A model generated the notes under the pieces. It saw only the letters and a program-made list of their open reading frames with translations. It was not told the DNA's origin and did not search any database. A program made the position numbers and the translations under genes. Source: Amoeboaphelidium protococcarum X5 (taxonomy: Eukaryota > Fungi > Aphelidiomycota). From it: a stretch of 64,000 nucleotides of DNA. Below are positions 13,671 to 27,065 of the stretch, one piece after another. The DNA lies in assembly GCA_023515725.1 (NCBI GenBank), contig JALDTO010000212.1:62001-126000 (forward strand), given 5' to 3'. Numbering within the stretch: the first letter of the stretch is position 1; each line of letters begins with the position of its first letter.

Positions 13671-13711
13671 TTTTAAACTGCGAGGCGGTTTTGCGTTTCT
13701 CGAACTCCGTA
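13671..13711 (-). repeat. Right terminal inverted repeat
   Basis: Reverse complement reads TACGGAGTTCGAGAAACGCAAAACCGCCTCGCAGTTTAAAA, matching 9226-9266 at 33/41 positions. Confidence 0.8.
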
Positions 13712-14371
13712 GACCGGAGAAATAACGGTTAGCTGTTACAACTACTATTCAGACAGCCCCACTTTACTGAACGCAATTTCTAGTATAATGAACTGGCTTC
13801 ATGTCTTGTTATGGACGAAGTAAGCGGCTGTGTTGGACCGTGAGATCCCAGCGCGATGATAATTCTAGGCTCCGCGCGCAAAGGTATGATCAGCAGTCAA
13901 TATTAAACGCGAGGAGTATCGCACAGAAATGGAACCAAACTATTAGCGCCATCACGATTCCTTGCCAAAAGGATGTCTTCGCTGATAAGGCTGCAGGTGG
14001 GGCACAGACTTAACCTTAAGTTTTTTCTTCCCTATTACTAGCTTATTTCTTTTTGGAGGCATTTTGTTGGTGGTTAATAATATGTAATAAAGGAGCTCCA
14101 CGCCATTGACGATAACACTACCGTAAACTAAATCTGATGTGTGACACACGAACTCACGCGTGATCATTGAGGTTGCTTTGACGAGTCACGTTGATCCAGT
14201 ACTTTGAAGCATTTACATCATACAATGTTTCATTCAGTAACTACAAGTGGTACAAATTGATATTCAAGCTCTTTAAAAGGTGCTATTTCAAAGATCGTCT
14301 TCTTATTTTAGTAATATACAGCATTTGTTACAACCAAAAAAATTGATAGACTATTGAATATAAGCAAAACT

Positions 14372-14638
14372 ATGAAATCCATAATTCTTACTTTGGCCAT
14401 CGTAATTTCCTTGATAGCTCCTCAGCTGCATGGTGCTTCTGTAAAGAAAATAGATTAAGACCCTGCTAGATGTGGCGAAGGTGTATCATGTAAGAGGGGT
14501 AAATGCTGCTCTGGTCATGGATGGTGTGGCAATTAACCGGGTCACTGTGGGCTTGGTTGTCAATTGCCTTGGTCTCATGGTCTGTGCGATCCCATGTACC
14601 AGAACCCTGAGATGAGGGAAAGATATCCACTGAGATGA
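14372..14638 (+). CDS. Small secreted hevein-like chitin-binding (CBM18) protein, 88 aa
   Basis: Signal peptide MKSIILTLAIVISLIAPQLHG followed by CGEGVSCKRGKCCSGHGWCGNQPGHCGLGCQLPWSHGLC (8 Cys, CCSxxGWCG). Missed by the ORF track. Confidence 0.85.
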
Positions 14639-15012
14639 TTATGGGAATCTTTTTCGTGCAGTAACCCCGTAAAGTGACGAGGTACTTCAAGTCGGCATCA
14701 AAGCTATTTTCGCGTTTGAGTACGGATTTGGAATGAAGCATTAATATAAAAGTGATATTCAATATTGAACAATGTTAGCAGCCCTTAAATTAATTTTTTT
14801 TATTTTAGAAGAAATCAAATAGCTTAATTTATTCCATAAATAAAGTTTCTGTTTCAGTGTGCATGCAATCCGACCTGACATCAGAACGAAGAGAAACAGA
14901 GCGAGATCGGCGTTCAATTTGCAAGACGGCGGTCAAACCTTTAATTTTGTTTAATAAAATATCTATCTTCTCCTCGCACTATTACGCTGAATTTAGATTA
15001 GAATTCAAAATC

Positions 15013-15858
15013 ATGTCTTCATTGGATAGCAAGTATAAGCCTGTCGCTCAGGATATTTAGGAGTTGATGAAGAAGTACAAGGAGTACGATGATGGTCATA
15101 TTGGGCCGCTACTTGTGAGATTGGCATGGCACGCATCGGGAACGTACAGCAAGCATGATCAGACTGGTGGTAGTGATGGTGCAACTATGCGCTTCCATGT
15201 GGAGTCATTTGATGCTGCCAATAATGGCCTGCATATCGCTCGTTCCATCTTGGAGCCTATCAAGTTGAAGCACAACTGGATATCTTACGGCGACCTGTGG
15301 ACACTGGCTGCTATTCTGGCCATCCACGATATGGGAGGACCGGTGATTAGATGGAGACCTGGTAGAGCTGATAAGTTATAGGAAATGGACTGCCCGCCTA
15401 ATGGAAGACTGCCTGATGCCACTCAAGGAGCCTCCCATATCCGTGACGTTTTCTACCGCATGAATTTCAGTGATCGCGAGATTGTGGCATTGAGCGGCGC
15501 TCACTCACTTGGCCGCTGTCATTAGGATCGTTCTGGATTCATTGGGCCATGGACTTACACTCCTACCAGATTCTCTAACTAGTACTACATTCTATTGTTG
15601 AATGAGAAGTGGAAGCCTGTACACAAGTATGCGAACGGTCCTTTGTAGTATGAGAATAGCGATGGCGAACTGATGATGTTGCCGTCTGATATGGCTTTAG
15701 TTGAAGATAAGGAGTTCAAAAAGTATGTGGAGATGTATGCAAAGGATAAGGCTTTGTTCTTTAAAGATTTTGCTGCTGCTTATGAAAAGCTGTTGGAGCT
15801 GGGATTCAAGAGACCATCAGGCTACGTTAACGTGTGCCCAGTGCGTCAGAGAATGTGA
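15013..15858 (+). CDS. Class I heme peroxidase (cytochrome c peroxidase/CCP2-like), 281 aa
   Basis: [15 protein letters not shown] (distal R/W/H), [19 protein letters not shown] (proximal H), [13 protein letters not shown]. Confidence 0.92.
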
Positions 15859-15941
15859 AGTGAGTTGTATCGGAAACGAAGTATCATTGCTCTTTTTATA
15901 TTATTTAAAATTCTAACTCATGTTCTAAATGCTTCTTGAGT

Positions 15942-17567
15942 TCATTGATTTGATTTAGCTGCTTACCTTTTTACCGGACTTATTGGCAATTTCGCAACAG
16001 GCCTTTGAATTGTCTCCAGTGGAGTAATGAACTGACCTCTGAGCATTTGAGGTGACATAAAGCCTTGGGGAAACATCCTCGGTGTGTATTTCTATTGCTA
16101 CACCGAAGTCATCGGAGACACGTACTGAAAGACGGGTACTAGCTGATACTTTGGCATTAGCGGCTGGTAATTAGTGTATAACTGCTGAGCTAAAGCACTG
16201 TTGGGATCCAGTGTAGGCTACTACTAGCTTTGCATTAAAAGTGGCAATTTCGGAGCAATTAGCTATTGAGCAGGCTTCGATGGAGTGCTTGGATCATTAA
16301 AAGTTATCGCTGATTAAGTAGGAGCTTCCCAATTGTCGCCACTCCCACTGCTAATTTAGCTGGTATGCACGGGACTTTCTTAAGGAGTCTGCGGGAAACC
16401 AGAGTCCAATTGTCTATTAGAAGATTTAGCAATTTTACGCGCATACTTCAAGCCGCAAGCATTGCATAAAGTCTTCAAACCATTCGGACCCTTTCTCCAT
16501 TCAGGACTATCTCTGATACCACAACTCTCGCAATGTTAGTTTAGCTAACGCAGGATCTTAGCACTCTTCATCATAGTAATCTTCTCCTCAAGCTTGAACT
16601 TGGTGTCCACGCGTAGATTCTTAGCGTCTTACTTACTATTCCCTTCATTATCACCATCCTATCCTAATGTTACAGAATGATGTGCCTTCTTTTTGCGGAT
16701 ATTGCTTCTCTTCTTTACCACCTTCTTATCGTGAGACGATTTTACGCTTGCAGTTTATGTTCCCGCTGCTCTACTAAGAGCCCGCAAAGGATCTTTCGCG
16801 TTATCAAAGAATTAGTTGACTGGAGACGTGATAAAATTAGCAAACTCATCTAGATTAGAATTTGAGCCTTCATATCCAGAATCATTAACGAGAGGCCTTT
16901 TAGGTGACGAATATACCATCAGAATCTAATCTGTTAACTACAATAGAGCTACGTTTGTGTCAGCATGATGGTAAACTGCATAATCGTCAGCATTCAAAGT
17001 ATCATTATGCTCATTAATTCCAAGATCTTACATAGTAAAATCGGAATGACGCCCAGTTACATAATCAGACTTCGTAACATCGTATGCACCAATAAAGTCA
17101 TCTGCATGTTCCAAAGCATCAGAAGCAGCAGAAAGTAATGCCAGAGGACCTTACGCTTTTTAATCGGCACCGTTCGCCTTAGATTTTTCATAATCGTCCA
17201 GAAAGCGCTATAAATACTTCTCAAAGTTATTAAGAGGCTACAAATTACGCTCTGACTACTAGTAGTTAGCATCGCCGCTTGATAAACGAAGTAGAGCCGT
17301 GTTTTGATCAATCAGCAGCCCAGTGACTAAAGTTAGACGTCCACCAAACTTGCAATCACAAGTGCGGACACTTAAATAATCCTTCTTATCATACAACTTG
17401 ACTAATAGTTATTTAAAGTCATCCTGATGTTCCTCTCCTAATAATGAAAGCAAAGAGCATCCAAGCCAGTATTAGACTATTGACACTTGATCATCATCCT
17501 GCAGAGGCAGCGCTGAAACAACACTTAAATCCTGTAACGAGACCAACAAGCACGCGTAATGGTACAT
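15942..17567 (-). CDS. GATA zinc-finger transcription factor (CX2CX18CX2C), ~541 aa
   Basis: [33 protein letters not shown] near 16435-16535, in a continuous frame with TAR=Gln. Confidence 0.85.
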
Positions 17568-17983
17568 TATATGTCTTTAAAGCCAATTGATTATATACTA
17601 AAGTAGAAGTCTAATTTTTGTAAATTGAATGGTAGAGAAAATACAAAGCTCAAGCAGAAGTAAAGAAGCAGTCAGTTGGTGAGATGGCGGTGGTTTGGGT
17701 AACTTTGATCGCAATCTCTATCCAGCACTATAAATAGCCCAACCAGTCACAACAGTTTTCGATCACTCACCAATATCACACAGAGTTGCTTAGATGTCAC
17801 CTTACCCCTATGTGGGCAGGAAATAAAATTTATATAATCTCGTCTATATGAAATTCCCTTGTAAGAGTTAACAATGTAATCAATAGCATCACAGTGACCA
17901 AATTTTCGAGAATCTTTACTTCTTTGCACCATCTCGCCGGAACGTGACGCGTGTAAAGTTAATAGTGGAATTCACATTGAAAT

Positions 17984-18433
17984 ATGATTGTAGATTGCAG
18001 TGATTATTCTCTTGTGAAAGAAATACTAAAGAACAGTAGGAAGATTGATGATAATATCATTAATATCCTGAACACGACTGCAACGGTTGATCATAAGGAT
18101 TACAAATATGAAGAGATCAATAAAAAGTGTATGAATCTGATATCATAGCTGGATAAGGTGTATAAATAGCGAGGAGAAACTATCAATGGCTGTATTACAT
18201 TCTATAAGAAGGAAATCCAATCGCTCAACTCGCAATTGAGCAGAGCTAATGATGGAGATGACGGCGATGACGCGGCAGTAGAACGTACTGAGCAAAAGCT
18301 TTTGGTGGAGGAGCGCAAGCTACGTCAGCTGAAGAATGAACAAGTGGTGGAGGATATTCTACGCGACAAGACTATCAATGAATTCAAAAAGAGATGCAGA
18401 GGTGTCCAAATATCTTTTGACAACAAGAATTGA
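17984..18433 (+). CDS. MIX23: MIX23/CCDC58 mitochondrial intermembrane-space protein, 149 aa
   Basis: C.DYSLVKEILKNSRKIDDNIINILN, R..TINGC, E.VVEDILRDKT...FKKRCR. Confidence 0.8.
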
Positions 18434-18569
18434 ACTCTATAGACACTAAAATATTTTAATAATTTGTCTACTTTCATTTTAATCAGACTGTGATTGACAT
18501 TTATTTAAGCTGTTTTTCGTACCGACGGTGTTACAATAACTGAAATCTTGCAGAAGAGCAGAAATTACT

Positions 18570-20297
<1,728 letters not shown>

Positions 20298-20608
20298 AGA
20301 CTTGAAGAAATGAACTTTACACCATTGAAATATTTGCGCCTTTATTCATTTAAGTTCTTGTCAATAATTTGTCCAATACAAACATTTAAGACATTAGAGC
20401 TATATAAAGAGCTTAGTTTATTGAAACGACTCAAGTCGCAGTAGTTTTAACAGAACGGGTTAAAGTTTCTCTTTTGACGCGTTTCTCCTACTGAAATTCG
20501 CGTTTCGTTTGTAGCTGTCTGTTACAGTGCTATATAAAGTGTTGCATATTACTGGTTGCTTATACTCTGTATATTATCTAGGCAAAAACTAATATTAAGA
20601 TCGACAAT

Positions 20609-21331
20609 ATGGATCTGGGATACAATTTGATTCATAAAACTATAATGCAGGGATTTCTTAGGAGCGAAAGTCAGTGTTACACTTAGCAGGAGCTATTGCA
20701 GTTATTAGAGAAGGTCACGACAGTTTTCCAGCGTTTACATGGAGGCTAAATGGTATTTGACAGAGCACAGCTAGGACCATTCATTACATCGTTGAGAAGT
20801 GCCGTTGATCATTTAGGTCTGGATGTGAGACGTTTCCAAGATCCTCGTAGTAATGAAATTCTTTACATGCTGGTCAATGTGCGCGAAGATAGCATTGTAA
20901 AGAATGAAAATGTTGCATCTACCCAGTAGCTCATCGGAACAGACTTGTCTCTGAATGAGCTAGGCGTACTGAGAAGATGGATTGATGCTATTGCTGATTC
21001 TGGTGCTAACTATGAAGCAGATGATGATGATGATGATGATGATGAAAGTAATCCTAATAATAATGCCGACGCTTAAATGCACAAATGGTCAATCTCAATT
21101 ACTGAGGCTCTAAACATTGCATTATTCCCCACGGAGGAGAATGACCAGAACGTGAAATTGAGCGCGAAAGAAGCTTAGAATTTAGTCAAGAAATTAGTTG
21201 CCCAGAGATGGCTAGTCAAAATCAAAGTTGATGAGGCAACAGCTGCGTAGAACGACGATATTAATCACATCGCTCTCGGTCCACGCGCTCTAGTTGAATT
21301 GAAATCATTACTCAGCCGCAAGAATAACTGA
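20609..21331 (+). CDS. NSE1: Nse1 subunit of Smc5/6 (winged-helix region only; no RING), 240 aa
   Basis: HKTIMQGFL, LYMLVN, T.LSLNEL..L..WIDAI, SISITEALN, LSAKEAQNLVKKLV..RWL, LGPRALVELK, then TGA. Confidence 0.72.
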
Positions 21332-21751
21332 GATTATTGTAAATACCATCACAGTCTGATTAATTGCAATATTTCTATTATTTCCCTTGATATGTATATC
21401 CGTAAACATGATCAAGACTAATCTGTTCATATATTCATTCACATGGTGTCTAATGCATAAGGATGATGTCAACAAGATATCTAGTGATCTCAAGGGCGAT
21501 AAATGACGCGACGGTTTGTCATTAGTCTTTTCGGCCGTGCCTTCTTTTAGTCCTTTCTTCTTTTTTCGGCGTTAGAGAGATCGGCTCATCAAATTAGCTA
21601 ATATTTTCAAAGCAAAGCAATCGGCAGGCTCTCCTTCTCTCTCTATACGGCAGACAGAGTTTATATTTGCATACATTGTAGTTACTCAATTTATTATATT
21701 GGCATATTTTACGTACATTCCTGTCGATAACATTTGATAGTATTATTAACT

Positions 21752-24595
21752 ATGAAGTTAGAGGACTCGACATTGTTCTAGACTATGAATTGCATTTTCG
21801 ACTTTCTGATATGTATTGCATATTTCTCTATCCCCGTGGAGATTCTGATATTTGGTCGAAAGTTTCCCGATATCAGTTACACATGGAAGGCTGTGCTGTG
21901 GCTATTTGTCTGTTTCATTCTACTCTGTGGCACTACACATCTGGTTAACGCGTGGAACATGTGGTGGAAAACGCCAGTGGTGATGCTTCTGTTCAAGATT
22001 CTGACTGCCGTTGTATCCCTCTATACATCAGCTATCTTGATATTTATTATACCGAAAGCTTTAGAGTTTCCAGCCTATGCTCGGAATATGGAGATTGAAA
22101 TTGCTGAGCGTATTGAATGTGAGCGGGATTTATCATATCAGAATCGACTTCTTGGCTTATTTAGAAATGTGTCTCATGAGATTAGGTAGACGTTGGATGG
22201 TAAGGTGATATTGGAGACGCTGTGCTAGTAGATTATTAAAAACTGCCATGCCGAGTAGTGCAGTGTCTATGTACGAGAATCACACTCATTTCATGAGGTG
22301 TGTCGGTCTATCAAACGACGCTTGAGTGTTGGATCATCAATGGATTAGACTGGTGGTAAGAGTAAAGTTATGGCGTCAAAGAGTAACAGCACTGATAGTA
22401 AAAGCGGTTCTGCGAGGAGTCTTTTAGGATATTAGCGGATACATGATTCTGCTCCATAGATATCTGGTGCTTTTGATGAGATTCTTTTACTTGACGATCT
22501 TAAAGCGCGTAAAGAGCATCTTATGGTATAGTCTGTCGGTAGCATGATTTATATTGTTAGCTGCTTTAAAGGTGGCGCTTCCAAAGACTATTAACTCATC
22601 ATATAGTTTAGTAAAAGGCAGCCCACATCCTAGTCTGGTATTAATTTATCTATATTCAGTCGATCGTCCAGTGCCTGGCCCCCTATGGTATCGCAGACTA
22701 AAGATATTATTCTTGATATTCTGGAATAGGTGACTATTGCCATGTAGTAAGCATCAATGATTAAGAGCGAGCGTGGCACTATAGAAAAGCTGAATTTATT
22801 GAATTAGAGCTTACAGGCTGCCTAGAAGGAGGTTAAAGTGGCGTAAGCTCAGAGAGAGTTCCTCGCCGTAATGTCTCATGAGATGCGAACACCTCTCTTT
22901 TCTACTAGTGCTCTCACTCAAATGCTTCTTGATTCCAATGCTGTATAGAATGCTTCCCCGGCTGATGCTATTGAGTTGAAAGAATCCCTCACCATGATGA
23001 AGAAGAGTAGTGATATGCTTGCATCGATTGTCAATAATATCTTGGATTTTAGCAAGTATGAGGAGGATAAGATTAATATGACTAGAGAAGTGTTCTCTCC
23101 GCGTGATGCACTTGAGAATGTTATGGATATCCTGTTTCTCTAGTAGTCGGATGATATGCACAAGCTACCATCACTTACATATAAAATTGAAGATGGACTT
23201 GATCCCACAACTGGTAAGCCTAGATTTGAAGAGTTTGTTGTGGGAGATTTTACGAGATTCCGTTAGATTTTACTAAATCTGGCTGGGAATGCTGTCAAGT
23301 TTACACCTCCTGATGGACATGTGATAATGATGCTTAGTTCTAGAACCGTCGATGATAGCGGGAAAGTACGTTATTACATTGATGTCAAGGATACAGGTAT
23401 CGGTATTCCGCAATAGGCGAAGAATAAGTTGTTCGAGACATTTTATCAAGTGGATCGTAGTATTACACGAAAGTATGGCGGCACTGGGCTCGGATTGGCA
23501 ATTGTGAAAAAATTGGTCGAGTGTATGGGTGGAGTTGTGACTGTGCATGATAATGAGGATGATGGGGTGGGCACTAGATTCCATGCGGAAGTATTGCTCG
23601 AGTCTTACGTGCCATCGCAGTGGCCCGATCTATCACTGCGCTCATTCACCTCATATGAAAGCACGAAATAGTTTGTCGACATTAATGCTACTTTTGTGTG
23701 TGCGGATAAATTGTAATGTGGGTGTTTTATAAGCTGCATGTCTGCACTTAATGTTGCCAAAATTCAGACTGTTAACTCTTTTGATGATGCTTTCAAGACT
23801 GCGTTCAACGTCATGGTCATTGATCTTCAGTGTCTTGCGCATGAATAGTAGTTGCAGGTAATTGGGGATAGACACATGTGGAACAAGATTTTAATAACTG
23901 GTACATAATCCCAAATTTAGTCTTGGTAAAAGTTGATCACTTAAACCGCTCCTGATTGCACTATCATTTATACTAGAAGACCGGCCAAGATTGCCGTTTT
24001 ATATCAGTTCCTGACCTATCACCTTACTGGTCCTCAAGATTTCGCTGGAAGTGTTATGAATTTGCAATAGTAATCCAGATCCACTATATTTCATAATGAG
24101 TTACCGCGGCTGAGAATTCTACTGGCTGAAGATAATGTTATTTCGCAGAAAGTATTGAAGAAAATATTCGACAAACTGGGCCAAGATTGCATTGTAGCCT
24201 CAAATGGCCAGGAAGCGATTGATTTGTGGGAATAGCATCGGGATTTTGACATTTTCTTCACTGATCTTATGATGCCTATCAAGGATGGAATTGAAGCTGC
24301 AGGTGAAATCACTAGGAGATGTAGCGCGTTAATTCAGTAATAGTAATAGAACTCCGTTTAGTCCTCCTCGTCCTCTTCCTCCTAGGAACAATACAGCAGT
24401 AGTCAGGACGATCTTATAGTCACCTACAAAAAGCCATGGATTATAGCTATAACTGCGAATGCGTTCTGGTCTGACCGCTTAAAATGTCTCGAGGCTGGAA
24501 TGAATGATTTTATTTAAAAGCCAGCGTAAGTCGCTGAAATAAAAAAGGCCATTCTAAATTTTATCGCACAGAAGAAGGATTCTATAGTTTAATGA
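21752..24595 (+). CDS. ETR1-like ethylene-binding hybrid histidine kinase (3TM sensor, GAF-like, HisKA, HATPase, receiver), ~947 aa
   Basis: [31 protein letters not shown]-box [36 protein letters not shown]; receiver LAEDN, FTDLMMP, TANA, KP. Confidence 0.92.
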
Positions 24596-24698
24596 AATTC
24601 AACTAAAAAATAAAAAGATAGATGGTTACATACGTGCAATATTAAGAACAGTTTTCTATTAGATCTCTGGTATATATCACTGATACAATATGCTTCGG

Positions 24699-25103
24699 TC
24701 ATAAGCTTCTCTCCGAGGCGGCCTTGTGTTAAATCGCCCTCACATTCATCACTTCAACCTTTCGCGGTGGACTCGGCCATAGTCCAGCCTTGGATAGAAT
24801 CTTGGACACCATCGAGGATGGCTCTGCCCCTTGAGCCAACCACGCTTTACATCTATCAAAGTGCAGAGTGATGTGTTTATATGCAGCGATAGGCTCATCT
24901 GAGGCACTCACATCTTTATAGCTATATGACGCGTGCGGATAATAAGTACCCAAGACATCATGTACGCTCTTATTCTGCTATCGATGTCTAGCCTAAGCCA
25001 CTACGATGTTATAGAACGCGTTATTTCGCGCACCAACTCGCTACAATCTTATCCTCAATGGTCCAAAATCCGCTGGCTCTCTAAACACTTTTCTAATTGG
25101 CAT
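24699..25103 (-). CDS. MRPS16: Mitochondrial ribosomal protein S16 (bS16m), 134 aa
   Basis: LRIRLQRVGARNNAFYNIVVA, LGTYYP, HFDRCKAWLAQGAEPS..V..IL.KAGL. Confidence 0.88.
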
Positions 25104-25326
25104 AATTTTACTATCAGATTATCAGATTCGTTTTCTTTTACCGGGTTGATTAAACTTTGAGAATCCCGTGCTGATGGCTTTCGAACTTGATGGAATATAA
25201 ATTGTTAATTTCATCAGTTTTATAAATTTTCTCTCTTCTTCTTGATATCTTTGTAATAAGGATTTTTTTGTCAATTATTGTATTAAACAAAATAGCATAA
25301 AAAAATATTTGAGAATCATCAATAAT

Positions 25327-26928
25327 ATGTTTTCAAGTATTAAGAGAGTGCTGAATGAGGATGAGGTGGACAAGGTGGATGATCATATGCCGACGGTGAT
25401 CCATGATACCATGTGTATGCAATGCGGTTCTGGACATGGAAAGACTTAGCTATTGCTCACCAGTATTCCTCACTTTAAAGAGGTTATCATTTCTGCATTT
25501 GAGTGTCCAGATTGTGGTTGGACTAATAATGGCGTGGAGAGCGCCTCTTAGATTCAAGATCACGGTGTCAACTACGTGTTATCAACCAGTAATAGTGCCA
25601 GAGATCTAAATCGTCGCGTGATCAAGGGAGAGTATGGCTGTGTGGTGATCAGAGAGGCGATTAATGGTGGTAGTAGTGCTTCATAGAATGGTAATAACAG
25701 CGAAGCACTTTTAGAGATACCAGCAGGTACGTAGAAGGGCAGTTTGAATACTGTTGAAGGATTCCTAGTGCAGGCTATTGATGATATCAGAAGTAGTTAG
25801 GGAGAGAGATTGCGCGTATCCCAGGAGAAGATGCAGAGCGCCGACTCCAATACTAAATAGGAAGGTGAGTACATGTACGCGCTATATTAGCAGTTGGATG
25901 CAGTGTCTGATAAATTACAGTAGCTGGTTGATGGTAAGATGAATTTTCAGTTCTCTGTCGATGACCCATCTGGTAACTCTTACATTGAATCTCTTGATGG
26001 TGATACCGCTCAAGTTCTATCAAAATCGTTCTATCAGAGGACAAGTGAATAAATATAGCAAATCGGTCTGAGTCCTGAGGCTGAAAAGCAATTGACTCAG
26101 TAGCAGTAGGAGAATAAGATGTAGGTTGAGGAGGCTGTAAAGATTATGCAATAGTAGCTGGTAGAACGCGACTTGAAGAGACGTAAAGTTGACACTTCAC
26201 TACAAGAGGAGACATAATAACCAACGGAGCAGAATACTTCATAAGAAATTGATAGTGAGGAAGTCTTGCAGTTTCCATCATCCTGTCCTAATTGCTATAG
26301 TCCCACAGTGTGTAGAATGAAGTTGTTGTCCATTCCGTATTTTAAAGAAGTTTTGATTATGGCCACTGCGTGCGATGCTGATGGCTGTGGATATAAATCT
26401 AATGAAGTCAAAGCAAGTGGAGCAGTAAGTGAAAAGGGAAAGAGAATTCAATTACTGGTGACTAGTAAAGATGATTTGGATCGTGATATTTTGAAGAGCG
26501 AGAGTTGCGGTATTGCCATGCCTGAACTGGAACTTACTCTGGATGCGTATACTCTTGGTGGAAAGTTTACAACTATCGAAGGCCTACTGACACAGGTGAA
26601 GGATGAACTGTATTCCCGAATGCCCTTCCTGAGTGGTGATAGTGACGTGTAGAATCACGCTGCACCTGAAGACGCGCAGAGATCATAGAGACTGAGAGCA
26701 TTCTTACAGAAATTGTAAAGGTGCATCGACTTTGATGTGAGCGATTTGCCAAACCAAAACTTTCATTTTATCATGGACGATCCACTGGGCAATTGCTACA
26801 TGCAGAATCCATATGCTCCCGATGCTGATCCCAATATGAAGATTGAGTTGTACGAACGCTCGGATGATCAGAACGAAATGCTCGGCTTGAACGACATGGA
26901 CGTGACTACCGGTGTGACTTATGACTGA
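25327..26928 (+). CDS. ZPR1: Zinc finger protein ZPR1, ~533 aa
   Basis: Two repeats of CxxC..LLT/LSIP(H/Y)FKEV..CxxCG..N, LNRRVIK / [13 protein letters not shown] / [15 protein letters not shown] / [11 protein letters not shown]. Confidence 0.93.
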
Positions 26929-27065
26929 CTTTAATAAATTATATTATTATTATTTTTAATCCTTTGAAAGTTCATAATATTAAACTTTGAAGGGCTTTCT
27001 TTTTAGTTGTCCCATCTCTTTTTTCTCCTGACAAATACTACTTTGCGATTAAATCATATAATAAT

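Larger units (their letters stand above)
9226..13711. mobile_element. ~4.5-kb DNA transposon (IS3/IS481-related DDE, IS3EU-like) carrying a transposase and an alpha-kinase
   Basis: 41-bp terminal inverted repeats with 33/41 identity, termini TAC...GTA, near-duplicated flanks (AGACGG left, GACCGG right), and two intact convergent ORFs inside. Confidence 0.8.

Noticed and set aside
13952-14062. Short basic ORF MPPKRNKLVIGKKK... beside the right repeat
   Set aside because: Only about 36 codons before TGA and no supporting intron or domain; could be a gene remnant but cannot be supported.
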